NCBI RefSeq assembly: GCF_963853765.1
Contig: NC_088858.1
Location: 3,100,001 to 3,164,000 of the forward strand
Length of the DNA stretch: 64,000 nucleotides
Direction: 5' to 3'
From: Magallana gigas
Lineage: Eukaryota
The notes below the pieces were generated by a model. That model was not told the DNA's origin. It searched no databases and saw only the letters and a program-made list of their open reading frames with translations. The position numbers were made by a program, and so were the translations under genes. Below, piece after piece: positions 23,221 to 38,354 of this stretch (its first letter is position 1; each line of letters starts with the position of its first letter).

Positions 23221-26200
23221 ATGGCGACTGTTTACAATTTGAAATGGAGTCTGACCGTGGGAATAATTCTGCTCTCATTCAATCTGACTTTGGCACAAGT
23301 TCCCATCACACCGCCCCCGTTAGGACCAAAGCCGGTGGTCTCCAACGGGATAGTGTACAATCTGTTTCACCTACACATGGTCCCGGAGATCTGTCGGCGT
23401 CCGTACGTGCTAGAGAAAGTTAACTTTGAATTTGGTGTTGTTATTAAAAAAGAGGAAAAAAGGGCGATAATGAAATCAGGTAGTCCCTATAAGATGAGGG
23501 GAAACATAGAGCTGGAACCAAGCAGCTGTCTGTGGATTGAACCAGGCACCATCTTCCACTTCAGTTCTGGCTATGGCTTTATTGTTAATGGAACACTTAT
23601 AGCAAGGGTATGTCCAGTTTATGTATTGATATTCTGTGATATTTTAACATCTATATTCGTCAATTAAATGATCAAACTTAAAAAACCATAAATGTTTTCA
23701 AATAGGGATAATATAGAGAAATTTGGGAAGCTTTATGACTGATAAAGTATTTTATTACATACCAGATTAAAATTTATGATACCTTAAGGTAATATGGGAA
23801 ATATTCATAATGTGACATACATCAGATCAAAATTAACATTAAAATCAAGCATGATTTTTTTATAAGTTTTACTTCTCAAAATAGACGTTACCTATAAGAG
23901 TAAAGTGCAGTGGGTTAGGGGCCCTAACTTAAAGCGGTAACTACAATTCTGAAAGTCAAGAGTTTGCATTCTGCTGGGGCTTTTTTTTTTTTTAATTTTT
24001 TAGTCAAATATTGTAAAATTTGAAAAATCTATGAACTGGTAAAAATATTTTGATTATGATGAACATTTATCCACATTTATTGATATTGTCAGGTGTCCCA
24101 TACTACTTTAAATTCACTTTCATTCTAAGAGTGTTTGTGGACCCTCATGGCTCTTAAATATATAATGTACCACTCGATCATCTGAGATAAGTCCATGATA
24201 ATGTCACCTTGTTCTCACAGGGAAGCGAGGAGGATGGTGGACGTATCGTTATGACACGAGACCCAGACAAAATCGACCCGTCGGAAGCACCGTTCCCAGA
24301 CGATGCTCGACTGGTGGATGGCAACACGACGACGGATGGACAGCTACAGCTGATGTATAGGGGGCGCTGGAGGGGCGTGTGTACAAATTTCGTAAAGTAA
24401 GATATCCTGCAGGAGGAGATTGCTAGCTATATATGTTTTAGCTATTAATTTCTTGTTGGTTGAAACATGTTTGGTTTCCAATATGCTGTTTAAGTTTTCG
24501 TACTTTATGAGCTTATAATGCTGAATGCACGAACTGTAATCATTTACTGGAACATTCTCTGGTCTGAAGTTATTTAAGTTAGTCAAATCATTCCAAGACA
24601 AGCCACTTTCCAAAACATGTATTATAGATCATAGATCACCACACAATTGCATGTATCTGACACTTCTACACTGTTTATTGGCATTAAACTATTGGTTAAA
24701 AACTGAAATCTTTAAAAAAAATCAAAATCATGAAAATGTCTTTTTTTTAGACGAAAAGTCTTCATTTTTTTTATATATTATTGAGTAGATTCACTGAACC
24801 AAGGTAATTAGGACCTTTAATCTTGCTGGCTTTCACAGGTCTGTATCAATATTAATTTTCTATTTGACAGTTATACAAAGATAGATGCTAACGTTACCTG
24901 TCGACACCTGGGCTTTGTGTGGGGCAACTTCACCTACCACTCCTTTTCTCGGAACAAGACCGACTACATGTTGTTTGAGCGTCCAGACTGTTCCGGATCA
25001 GAAAATAGCCTCTTTGATTGTCCGGGAAAACTCAACATCCGAGTTGGGGCCAATATCTGTGGTAAATAGTACTCGTCTATGAATGCTCTTTTAAACAGGT
25101 TTTAAACTTGAAATGAGGTGTTTATGCATGAGTGTATCAGGTAGTATTTGATTTTATAAAAGTGTGATTTTCGGAACAGCTGGAAAATCACCACACAATT
25201 ACATGTTGAGGTGCATTTGAATTTACTGTTTATTTGGTTCTATTATGCTGCTAGATTATAAATTCACAAGTTCTAGAATGTATTGTGGATTTGATATTAG
25301 AATGCTGTAACACTTGAGACATCTAGACATAATATTTTTCTGTTATTGTAGACGGACAGCAGGTGATAGGTTTCCAGTGTGAGGGGCTCCGTCCGGATCT
25401 GGCTCGGACTCACTGGAGAGGACTGGAGTTTTACAACGCCACGGTACAGTTCGTGAAAGACCAGAATCTGAACAGGACAGAGACGTACTCCTGGCTGGAG
25501 TACCTGGACGTCTGGTACGCGGGGCGGGACACCTACAGAGGGGGTGACATGGTGCACGGCCGGGCCTCAGTGTCGGCTAGCCCCCACGTACCACTGATGA
25601 ACAATGTGTCCATCATGTACGGGGCGTACGATGGCTTGAACTTGACCGAGTTGAGGGGGCGTGTTCACATTGCTAACAGCACTGTCTCCTTTAATCGAGG
25701 TAAATTTTATTTTGTGAAACTTAATCAAGTTTTAGGTTTTAAGTAGATGAGTAAAAAAATTTCATATGTGTGCCTTTTTTGAGCCATAATTCTTGGTTTC
25801 ATTGGTAACAATTAAATAATTAGCTTAATCTTTTAAAAAATTTCACATCTTTATTAATTTTTATGTTTATTAAGCTCATATTAAAATTTTTTTGCATTCA
25901 TCAAACCTGTTTACTATTTCACAGGTTACGGAGCATTCATTAAGACTGCAGTGGGCCAGGTGTTGATAAATATGACCAACATGGACAATAACTGGGGCGA
26001 TGGAGTCAAGATGTACATGACAAACTACACCATCCACTCCTTCCAGAAAGATTACCCCAACACCTACTCTTTTTGTCGAAGCAATGCTCTGGCCTTCCCA
26101 CGATTCCCTATCACCATTTACGAGAACATAATTGACGAGAGAGGACAGAAACCTCAGTTTGACAGTTATGATTGTCAGAAGGTAGTTACTTAAACATTTT

Positions 26201-29200
26201 AAGGGCAAAAAAATTTAGTTTCGAGCACTGGATGGTGATGAGATAGATTTTGTTTTATCTTTTACATCAATAAGTAATTATATTTGGCATTAAATTATCA
26301 TTAAATATAACCACCTGATGCAGTGTACATATTACATATATTAAAAAGGAGAAAAACTAACTTTCTGTTTTCAGAGTTACAGTACAGTGGACAAGAAGAG
26401 GTTGTCCCTCCACTTCTTCCTAATGGAGCGAGATGAGAAGGCCTCCGGAACCATCACAGTTTATGACGGCACTTCCACCATGAGTTCAGTCCTCGGGGTT
26501 TTCCCAGTCTCCAATGGGTCATTCCCGCAGTCTGTAACGACTTCTGGGAAGAGCATTACTATCAGGTTTCAGTACAGACTTCCACCAGAACCGACTATCC
26601 CAGGACAACACCGATGTAAAAACTACCGGGCATGTCTGAGATTCTTGCTTGATCTCGTCTCATATGACGGTAAGAAAGGCATTAGAATGCTGCATAAAGA
26701 GTTAAGCTTGACATGCGTGATTTCATGTTCAAAAATGTTTTTGAATGATACAAGTTAATGTATGGTAGAATGAGTATCATACCTAGTTCTACCTACATAT
26801 GATGATAGATGTAATAGTACATATACTCAGTACAGTATATTGTTTCAAAAAAAGATATCAGTTCTGATTGTTGTTAGATTATCATGTAAATATCAAACAC
26901 AATTGATCACACATGACTGTTGTCTGACTTTGTAGGACTGGACGAAGAGCTTCGGTTCATTAACTCCTCGGCCAGTAACAACACGGGGTACGGCGTAAAC
27001 GTCCAGGACATGCGCTGTAAGGTCTCCCTCAACTCGTCTGTGGTCTCCGACAATAACTACGGGGCCGGTGTCAGAGTCTACCAAGGGGCGGGTGAAATCT
27101 CCATCAACAACTCCAGGGTGGAAAGGAATGAAAGAAGTGGAGTGAACATAACGTACGCTGGAGGCTACCAGCTGGTCAACAATTCGTTTATCTGTGAAAA
27201 CCATGGTTACGGCGTCATTACAGAGTACGATCGGCTGAATAATACGCGAATACAGCATTCCCAAAAAATGGAAGTGGCGAAAGCTAAGTTTTTCTTCAAT
27301 GAGTGGATTGCCTTCAGGGTGGGAAACTACTGTAAGGAGGCCATGATTCTTGTGAATGAGAGCCACTTCAAGTATAATTATGATGAAGCCATTGAATTTC
27401 TATCCTGTAACTTTACGAAGAGTCCCCAGAAAAATGTCAATTTCAGTTTGGCTTACAACGAGTTTGACGGGAATAAGAGACATGGGATTCTGATGTCACC
27501 CCTGATTAACACGATCGGAATTATAACAAATAATACATTCATGAATCACAGTTTAGGAGCCTTGCGAATTGACAATGGTTACGATCTACTTGTCAGCAAG
27601 TGGTATGCGAAATTTGCAGTGAACTACAGAATTTTTGAAAACACTTTCAAAGAAAACCAGGGGAGGTACTGTGTAAGTCTACGATTGACCCAGAATGCTC
27701 CGAACCAGCATATGGAATTTAAGTTTAACAAAGTTATAGGGAACGCTATAAATGACACATCTCCATACTTGAATCCTCGAAGTCACGCTAATGCTCCGAT
27801 CATTGTGTCCTCCAGTAACATCGTAGTTCAGAGAAATCACATCTATAACCCTGATTCTGTAAGAGACATCGCTACACACCTTGTTGACCCGTCGGTGATA
27901 ATTAATGGCAGTCTGAATTGGTGGGAGACGATTGAACATAGGATTATCTATGATCGACTGTTTGATAGAGATGATCGTTATAACCTGGCACAGATGACTT
28001 ACTATCCTGTGTTAAAGGATGGCTGGCTGTATGGGGATAAAACAACCATCACTGACACAGAGTACAGATGGCCCTTCCAGAGGGAAAATAAAATCGGGGG
28101 AATCCTTGATGTGGAGGGGTTTACCACAGACCCCGACACAAAGCTGTACTACGTTGACAGGGATATATTCATAGTTCCCGGTGCTGTCCTAAAAATAAAC
28201 CCAGGAACCACCCTGCTGTTTGAGAATTCCATCGGCATGGTGATTCACGGTCGAATGATTGCTGATGGAGTAAGTGCGAACACCCCCATTTTGTTCACCC
28301 TGAATGAACCAGTGAACGAGACAGAGATAAGCAACAGAACGGATGCTGTGAGGCTGGCCGAGGGTCGAGATGCATATGAGGGTCGTTTAGAGGTCAATAT
28401 CAACGGTCGCTGGGGAGCAGTCTGTAAAAATGTAAGAATTTAATGTTGTACGTGGATTTGGATTACTTTATAGACAAGCAAAATGTGCCTTACATAAAGT
28501 TCTTGTTAAAACTTTCCATACAGAATTTACAAAAATACATGCTTATCATTAATACCAGTACTTGACATGAAATGAAGCAACAAAATTTCAAGGAAAATAA
28601 TATAAGTGCTCTAATGAAAGTAAAATTTACATGTAAAATTCATGTGGTGCATCAAAATTTTTTCTCTAAATTTTGAAATTAATTTGTTTTATGATCTTAC
28701 TGAAAATATATGTACTATTCATCCGTTTTTTAGGGGTGGATCCAAGAGAATGCGATGGTGGTGTGTCAGCAGCTGGGCCTGACCTATCACCCTGACTTTG
28801 GACTGGTTCACCAGCAGGTCCGGTCGTCCTCCGTCATCGAGCTGAGTTCTGTCACCTGTACTAACCTTGACACTGATATTAGGGAGTGTCACTCCATCAA
28901 ACGAGGTGACTTTGATTGTCAGTTTGACAATGTGGTCTACCTCAGGTGTCAGAAACCAACTTGGTCAGGTAGGTTAATTAATTAGTACATCGTGAAGTGA
29001 TTAGTAAAAATACACATGAAAGATGAATTGATTTAAAATGAAAATTAATAAAGATTCTGGCATTTTTTGAAAGACGTCAGTAAAAAAAATACAGCAATAA
29101 ATAAATGTAGCTTTTAGTATAATGTTAATTGTTTTTGGTTATGTCATGAAGTTGTTATTTTTTTATTGTTACAGGCATCACTATCCCTGCCATCCCAACG

Positions 29201-32200
29201 TACGGCCAAATATACGACACACAGATAAAGCATTTGATCATACAGAAGGCAGGTCAGCTGGACTATCAGGCCATGACCTTCACCCCTGCCCTTCGCATCG
29301 ACTACAATTTTTACAAGATCACCGCCCTACAGGTCACAGACTCAGTCTCTGATGGAGTGAACATCAAATACGCCAACCCGTTCACCGAGAATCTCTTTGA
29401 GAAATGTCACTTTGTGAGAAACCTAGGCAACGGCTTCCTCACCAGGAGCCCATTCCTAAAAATCACCGAGTCCACGATGAACGATAACCAGAAAGGAGGC
29501 TTTGTGTACGATCCGTTCTTCACAGAATACGAGGCACTTAGTGTCAGAAATTTTCTCCATCAGAGCCGCATGGTGTACTTTCAAACAAGAGATTACCAGC
29601 TGGGAGATAACTCGATGGCCTTCATTATATCTCAGCCAGGTATACAGGCCGAGAATCGAACATACACCATGCAGCTGTCTGTCAGCAGTTCCAATTATAG
29701 AATCACCCTCCAGCTACTGGACTACAATCCGCTGACCAATGTGGAGAAAGTGACGATTTATAACTCTAACAGGAACGGCATTTCTCCCACAACAGTCAAA
29801 TGGGAGATTGAAGAGGACCTGGTGGACTTCCCGATTACATCTAAGGGAGATAACTACCTCACCATCCAGGTCGTTGTAAGGGGAGTCCGATCTGGACGAC
29901 TAGCATTCGCTGCTCACTCCCGTAAGTTGATAAAATTGTAATCTTTTTTAATGCATAAAATGTTGTTAGTAATTTAAGTCAGAAAAGTTTTTAGAAGTTT
30001 GATAATGCAATATGTACAGTACACATTTTTTATTACATATTAGTATCATTACATGTTGTTGAAAAAGTTGAATGAAGAATTCGTTGCATAATTATTTACT
30101 CCAATTTTATATTCTCGTTTGCAGGACAATATTCCACTGCCCCCATAAATTCATTGATTGACGTCCATTTTGCCACAGTCAACAACAACTACCAAGGCAT
30201 TGTAACCAAACACTACAACAATCCGTCCAATGAAAAACTGGAGATTTTCCATCGCGTGGCAGAGGAAGAAATTCGCTTCACTAAGGTCGATATCAAAGAA
30301 AACCAGATGGAAGCTATGTACATTCCCAGTCTGACTAAGTACCATGAGCATCTGATCCCGACCCAGGAGGAAATGACAAGACCTGAAAGACTGGGTCAGA
30401 TCACTTACGTGCTTGATCAGTGTACTGTACAGAACAATGGGAAAGCCATCATAGCAGACCACAATCATGTGGACTTCTCAAACAATGTGTGGAAGTGGAA
30501 GATTCAGGCCTCCTCAGTCAGAGATAACAAGTATGGTGGATTGGAAGTGGAGCTTCCACGGGTGAACGACATCCGTGAGAAGAACAAGTGGCATTCAGTG
30601 CAGGTCAATCAGTCAACCTTTGAGAATAACAAAAACTTTGCCTTCACTGTGAATGGTTACTATGCCGATGTGGAGGTCAGTTACTGCAGGTTCGCTGATA
30701 ATGCTTGTCGCAGGGGACTGGTTCTGTTGGGTGGAATGGAAAAAGACCTGGTCATCTACAACAACGAAATGATAAACAATCAAGGGAAATATGCCATGCA
30801 GATAGACATGCAAAGTCATGCAGAATATAATAAGCCTAAAGCCTTCTGCCACTATAACAACATAAAAGGCAATAGACCAGGGCCCAACTGGTCGTTAAAT
30901 GTAGACTACACCCCGTCAACCTATGCAGTTTCTGTGTACGGAGTCCAGAACATAACCCTCAACAGAAACTTGATCCACAACCCCGACTACCAGTATGAAC
31001 TGATCGCCGGGGTTACCTCCCTGTCCCTGGAAAACAAGATGAATGTGAAGGAGAACTGGTGGGGGACTGCCATACAAGCCCAAATCATTGAGAGAATATT
31101 TGACTTTGATGACTGGAACAACTATGCAATAGCTGACTACTTTCCCCAGCTCACAGCTGACAATGTGAATAGCCTACCATCAACAGGGACACAGATTGAA
31201 AGTGGGTTTAACTTCCCCTCACTCAAAGGGAGAATTACCAAAAACATGGCTCTGGCCGGTTCCTCTACCTACTATGTCATCGCCGATGTTACAGTGATGC
31301 CCAATGCTAAACTGACTATCGAGCCGGGAACTAGACTCCAGTTTTATCCCAATGTGGGTATTCTGGTTCTTGGACAGCTTGTTGCTAGGGGACTGCCATA
31401 CAGTAGAATTTCTTTCCGACCGGTTGTTCCGGGACCAAACATCCCAAAACCTCTTCCTGAGATTGTCACTCAGAACTTCTACTCCAACACCATGAGACTG
31501 AAGCGAGACTCTGAGGGAGAAATCCCAGCAAACGAGGGGTTCCTAGAGCTGTATAACTCTTCGTCCAGTTCCTGGAATTTGATGTGTGATAATCAGTTCA
31601 ACAGAAAGACGGCTGAGGTGGTGTGCCGGGGTCTGGGAATGGAGACTCTCAATGTGGATGTGAGGTTCACCCACCTGTACGACCACTTTGTTTACAAGAA
31701 GCCCATGTACTTTGTCAAGGAGTTCTGGACTTACTCCTACTACTGTGTTGGTGATGAAAATTCTTTAGATGAGTGCCAAAGAAGAATAAATTATAAGATA
31801 CAGGACTGCATACAGGGAGCTAATTATACCTATATCCGGTGTGGCAAAAGGAATCTGGATTCAAAACTCTCTTATTGGGGCAACATTAGAATCGCCTCCC
31901 CAACGTACCAGGAGGATACGATTCGATATGTGCAGGATCAAGATCGGTCAGTGCTGGAGAACATTGATATCTACGGAGCTGGAATGTTGCACGGGGAGAG
32001 AGTGGGGGCCATTCAGGCCACCTACCGATCACCGAAAATCAACAACATCAACATCACAAACTGTCTGTGGAATGGACTGGACATCATCGCTCCTCGCTAC
32101 GAAATGAAAATCAAAACCATGAACATTGACCACAATCTTGGTTATGGCATCAACTTCCTGATTCTGAATGGAGAGTCGAGGAATGCAGATCAGTCTTCCT

Positions 32201-35200
32201 TCCGGCCACTTCTACAGAACACGGTGCCCTACTTCATGTCTGGGCTGGTGGACATCTGTAAGATGGAGAAGGAGCTGACCGTGAAGAACCGACTCATCAT
32301 TTACTACAAGTACTCCCAGAAGTTAGTGGACTGTGTCAAGGTCATCCGCAGCGAGAACCGCCTCCGTAAAGTGTCACTCAGGCTGCTACAGTTTAACTTG
32401 TATTACGACGAGTTTTATCGTAACTTACTGGAGATATACGATGGTAATACTGTGACAGAAGAAAACAGAATTGGAGTCCTTGATGCCCACAGTAAAGCCG
32501 AAGCCACAAGAACACGCTACCTGAGTAATTCTGATACTATTGGAGTCCACATCCATGCTTCCAATGCCTATGAGGACTATGGATTTATAGCGGAGATCAC
32601 CACATCCCCTCTCTCAGACCTGGCATATCCCGGTAATTTTTTAGCGGTAGTGAAGGGAATTTTGTTTTCTATGTTTACAAAAAATAATTTATAAATAACT
32701 TATTATTGTTCTTGTTACAAAATTGGCAAAAGAATATTGATGAAATAAATCTTCTTAGCATTAATTCACTTAACGTTACATCTATTAAAATCATACTCTG
32801 ACAGATGAATTGTATTTATTGTGTTAGTTTGTTTATCACGTGCTCAAAAGCAAAATATATTATGGTATCCTTTTAAATTACTGATTGCAGATAGAACAGC
32901 ATGTGTTACTACATGGGCTTTTAAAACTGAAAAAAAAAAAAAAATAATAGGTTTTAATTTTTGATTGCAGATAGTACAGTGGAGCACCGCTTTGAGCAGA
33001 TGATGGTTACAAACAATGAAGACGGGGCCATCCTCTACCAGAACGTGGGAGAGGTTTGTCCCTCCCTCTTCATCGACAGCTGTATGATCGAGAACAACGG
33101 CCTTGGGATCCTCAATCTTACGTCACACCCTGTCATTAACATTGGCATCCAAAACACCAAGATCTTCAACTTCCAGCACAACTTTGTCAACAGGAACAAG
33201 GGTGGGCTCTACTGCCAGGCACTCACCACCTCAACACAAAACCTCCTCCGTGGAAACATCACAAACAATGTCTTTTCATTCGGGAGCCATGGTGAGACTC
33301 TTAACATAAGTGGTCATCATTTCCAGAAGATGCATGTCTACGAGAATTACATCTTTAACAACTCGGCAGGGGATTATAGAGACAATGTCCATGTGCAGAC
33401 GGTGGGGATGAACTTTACGTTTAATGTGGTGGTGAATAATACTGGGCACCACATTGTGAGAACCTATAGTGAGGTGGATACCAGCGCCACTCAGCAATAC
33501 CTGGGAAACTACATCTACCAAAATAATGCCACCGCTTTATACCGAGCAGTGATGGCGGTAGGCAGTGGGAAACCCGAGTTCAAGAATAATTACCTCGTGA
33601 ACGAGGAAAGTGCATTTGAACTCCTGACAAATGAGAAACGAGAGTAAGTTAAAACGTGGAGTATTTAAACATATACAGTGTAACGAGATCATAGTTAAAT
33701 AAAAAAAGGAAATAATAATTATGATAAAATAGATGTATAAAAATCTGACAAGTTACTTTCACAAATTATGTTTTAGCTACATATATATTGGACTAGATCC
33801 ACACACAAAACCTTTTCATCAAATTTGTTATAATTGATGGAGAACTGGTATTCAGAGATCAGATAATTAGCTACAATCTTTAAAATTCCTTTACCATGTA
33901 ACCACAGCAAAACAATTGCCTTTCTAATCTTTTTTTTTTAAAAAGAATACCTGCAGTTATGTTTTCTGTAATTCAGATCGATACAAGGAATAAAGATCCA
34001 GGAGACAATTGTAGATGCCACGTACAACTGGTGGGGGTCAGAACGCCGGGGCTACATCAACGGGAAGATCTGGGATGGGCAGGACAACAGTTCTCTGGTG
34101 GAGGTCAACTTTGAACCCTACAGAGTGACCAACTCCTCACTCGTAAATGGTAGGTCAAGGTCAAACTAAAGCTATCAACAATATTTTGACATGTATGTTT
34201 AGTTTTGAATATTTTTAACAATTTGTACAGTATATCCTGTCTGTCTTGAAGAATATCGTCTACTGGTTAATGTTTGGAATCAAAATATCCAATTTATTCA
34301 AACAAGAAATAAAAGTGTCTGTACAATTTTTGTGTATTGTCTGTAGGTAAATGTCCTCCTGGCTGGACCTTGAATGCAGATCGTTGCTATAGATACATGG
34401 GGGCAGCTCTTCCCTATGCTCAAGCGGGCCAGTTTTGCAGAGTAAGTCTATGTGTGTTTGTTAACCACAAAAATAAGACAAAGCAATCAGATAGTATATC
34501 GATTTACTCACTATGAAATTGATAATTATTAATATCTTCAGTTAGGATTTATGTTGGACTTAGGTATCATCAAAGTTATTGTTTCCCATGGATACCCTTT
34601 GACACTAATTGGTCTTTCATTAGGATAACCTTGGATTCCTGGCTGAGGCCGACAACCAGGCCCCCTTCCTCCGCTACTTGTTACGGCTGACAGAGAATGT
34701 CTACACCAAGGACCTGAGGGTGTGGGTGTTCTCCGAGGTTGCCCCGGGTTACTGCAGTGCATTCCAAGATGACTATATTGTAGCTGAACAAGATTGTCAG
34801 AGGATTTTACATCCATTCATATGCGAGAAAGGTTTGTTGATAGAACAAAGTTGCATGTCAAATGTGTATAAATCAAATCATCGTTTGGAAAATAACTCAT
34901 ACATATATTTTCAATCGATTGTATTTTGAGGGCTGTTGGATATGAAAACTTAAGAAGAAACACTTCTCCCTAAATCTCTTTTTCTGTTACAGACCCATAC
35001 ATAAACCCGCCAGGAAGTGATGTTCTTGCCATAGCTATAGGAGTATCTGCTGGTGTGTTTGGTACCGCTCTAATTGTCATCATCATTCTCGCCATTCTAT
35101 GGAAAGTCAAGTCCAAGGGAAGAAAGCAGCAGAAATTTGAAAGGCAAGCGTCCATTCGCTCCTCTCTTAGGTCCTCAGTTAGGTCTCGCTCCAACATGAC

Positions 35201-37097
35201 TGTCTTGTCCACTGGGACCAACAAACGCCGATTTGACGATAAATATTCTGTGTCCTCTAAAGGGCACCTGATAGATGATGATGTCTCATTGTCTAACATA
35301 AGTCTTGAATCTAGAAGTCGAGGTAGGGAGAGAATGGATAGGTCTTTGGAACGTTTGGATGCACCTCACCTTGGCTCTAGAGATCGTTTAGATCAGGTTA
35401 ATTCTTCTAATGGGAGCTTGGGTATGATTTTGTCCAATGGACACACTGGCTCACAACACAGACTCATTAATGGGAAAGGAAGTTTTGACAGACTGAAAGA
35501 AGACTCTCCAAGGAATTCTCCCCGAAACTCTCCACGCTCCCAGAGACCCATCAGAGCAACACTGGGCAGAAATACTCAAGACAACAGCAGGAGTCGAGAA
35601 AACCTTCAACCTGAAGTAAGGCCTGTACAGCCACCCCAGCCTCCAAAGAAGGCAATTCTTCCCCCCGTGAAACCACCCCAAATAAGGCCGCCAAACCCTT
35701 CTATGGTCCCAGAGGAAACAGATGGGGGTTACACAGATGATGGGTTCTCTGAGCACGAGTTTGATGATTTTACGACCACTGCTGATGAAGCTGAATATTC
35801 CCCAAACAACAAACCAAACAGAGTGGAGAATCAAATCGAATCTCTGAGGAGGCTTCCCAATATTTCAGAGAAGCCAGCATATGGAAGTGAATCTAGTGTG
35901 AATATGGACCACAGATCAAAGCATCCCTCAAACTTTTTTCTCCCAGACACCCCACCCACACCCCCTCCTCCCCTCCCACTGGATTCCTATCCAATGAAAA
36001 CAATGGTCAATTCTCCGGTCCTGTCCGATGCTTCGTCAAGAAGGCCCACCCCCCAGCCAAGGGGCCGACCAGTGGCGCCACCTCGCTCCAACCTCGGCAG
36101 CAGTAAGGAGAGTCTTAACAGGAGTGTCAATCCACTTCACCTGAGTCAAGGAGACCTGAATCTCATCGACAAGAAACCCTCGTGGCTAAATGACCAAGTA
36201 AGAGAAACAAGTGCCAGCGAGAGTGACAGTGACTCGGAAAGTGTGAATGATTCGTTTAATGATGCAGGACACAAAAATAAAGCATTTCTGGAGAACGAGA
36301 ATCTTCCACGAACGGTGAGAGCCCCTGGATATACCCCGCCTCAGGATCAATCTGACAGGACGGATTACTCCTCTCCATGGAGAGATGTTAGATATCCGTC
36401 GACAAATCAAAGCAATTCTAACCTCTCGCGTGGTTCACGTGAAATGTCCAACATGGATTACTTGCAGGGGCCTTATTCAAACCTAGGATATGAAGGCAGT
36501 CAGGAAAACATTCCTTCTTATGATGAGGCCTTAAACGCCCCCATCAATGCCCCCTACAGTCCCGCCTACACAAACAGTAGCCTTCCTCCACCATACTCCC
36601 CGCCCTCTTCACAACCATTTTCACCCGTGGCTCATAATGTGCACTTCCTGCCCGGAGGTACCAATACCCAACATCCAGTGTACCGGATTGGAAGTGTGAA
36701 CAGTATTCCCATGTCGGGCAGTGACGGATTACCCCGGGACATAGCTTTCATGGACTATCGCATGGGGAGTCAAAGCACCCTCCCTAACCCCGATGGAAGC
36801 ATGCCTGACCTGTCCACTGGTGAGAGTCAAGCTGACCTTGCAGAGCCTGACCTTGACGATATGAATGACACGCAGTACCAGCGGGACATGGACCCATTTC
36901 CCCAGAGTCCACGTGGAGTTCCCTCCTACCAGCAGCCCCCTGCCCAGGATTTTCGGGAACCTCGCCGAACCCGGAGCAGGGAACAGCTGGATCGGGCCTC
37001 TCCGTTCTCACAGCGTAGTCGGGACAGTCCAGTGCTCTACCTGGATGACCAGAGACGGAACCAGCGGCGGCCTGAGCCGATAGAGACAGAGATCTGA
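23221..37097 (+). CDS. bark: Protein bark beetle / anakonda-like single-pass receptor (SRCR, CUB, beta-helix repeats, C-type lectin, TM, long disordered tail), ~3297 aa
   Basis: 15 in-frame exons: 23221-23607, 24221-24396, 24871-25061, 25352-25699, 25925-26181, 26375-26669, 26936-28431, 28734-28968, 29175-29921, 30125-32632, 32971-33643, 33977-34149, 34347-34441, 34624-34831, 34993-37097 (9894 nt). Signal peptide; three SRCR starts (RLVDG..DGQLQ, RLAEGRDAYEGRLEV, EGFLELY); NWWG repeats; CPPGW..CY lectin; TM AIAIGVSAGVFGTALIVIIILAILW. Confidence 0.88.
23900..23990 (+). repeat. Highly degenerate tRNA-like SINE head
   Basis: GTGCAGTGGGTTAG (A-box-like), GAGTTTGCATTCT (B-box-like), then poly-T. 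Confidence 0.3.
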
Positions 37098-37664
37098 TCC
37101 AATCCAACCAGTGATAAACTGTACCCAAGTATTAACTCATTGAAGAGGAACAAATTATCCATTGATGCTCTTAATACTCGCAAATCCAGTACTGATGAAT
37201 GTTGTTACTGATTACAGACATAACCATTATGAATTAATGATCTGTGCAATATTCTATCAAACAATTTAATTTGGTTAAGGTTGTAACATATCATGGATGT
37301 TTTTTATTTGTTGGAATTGAATTATTCTTGCTGGCCATAATTTGTTGTTATATACATGTATATGTTTATATATATATATCCACTAGTTAGGTGCTTGTAC
37401 ATATAAAGTATGTAATTTTATACGGTATGACATTAAAATATCAAACTAAACACATGTTTATGTTAGCCAGAATATTGATTTTATCTTAGACTAGTTCATA
37501 TTAAATAACCTGGAGCACATTTTTTAAAAGATTAATAGAATCAAAATTTTGACTTGATGCATCTTCTTCCTTCACATCTGGTGTTTTCTATTTGTTGACA
37601 AAGTTTGATATCTCTTTACTTTCACTTTCTCATTAACATCATAAGAGTTCTATTCATAACAAAG

Positions 37665-38354
37665 TTATCCCTGCATAACAAGAACAACAGACACGTCTAC
37701 AAATACTGCAATGTTTTTAGATAATCTACAATTGATGATTAAATCCAATTGATTTGTTTTGTTGAGATAATCGTTGTTCAGTGTGATAAGTGTGACTGCT
37801 TGTGGTACGAGACGTGTCTGTTTTTTCCACTGTCTGATGTAACCTCGGTGTTGTAACTCTCTTGTAGTGTCACCTGGTCCTCTCTCCACCTCTCCACCAT
37901 CAACAAAAGCCACACCTCTCTCCACACGGAGGAAGCTACTTACTCTCTCCGTAAAAGTAACCACTCGCTCAACCAAGGGGAGGCAATCCAGACCAATCTG
38001 CGTAAGACGGGTCACGCTCGGTCCTGTCAGGACATTCTGGAGACAAGTAGTCCGTCCAAGTCGTGCTGCGTTAGTTAGTACACTGTACTGAAGGTACTTG
38101 CTTCTTCTGGCTAATGTCTCATTCAGGGAATATTCAACTAACATTCCTCGTGTGACATTTTTGTTTTGTGCTTTAATTTTTCAAGACATTCTTTCTCGAT
38201 TTATGACATTCATGTCTGGATTGTGTGCCTCTAGTTGAGCGAGCATCAAGAGATCTAGTTTAGTGTGAGCCAAATGATATATGTGTGGTTGGTTCTGCAA
38301 ATGCTTCCAAGGATAGGTCTTTGAATGTAGGTCCCTATTCATTCCATCATTCAT
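37665..38354 (-). pseudogene. Unassigned reading frame with one in-frame TGA
   Basis: The 159-aa ORF (38144-37665) continues upstream in frame for 70 codons to an ATG at 38354, broken only by TGA at 38183-38181. SVLTNAARLGRTTCLQNVL is weakly ankyrin-like. Confidence 0.3.

Noticed and set aside
27679-37128. Many 65-160 aa ORFs overlapping bark exons (for example 26893-27366, 35451-35834, 36784-37128)
   Set aside because: Antisense or alternate-frame shadows of GC-richer coding exons with no recognisable motifs.
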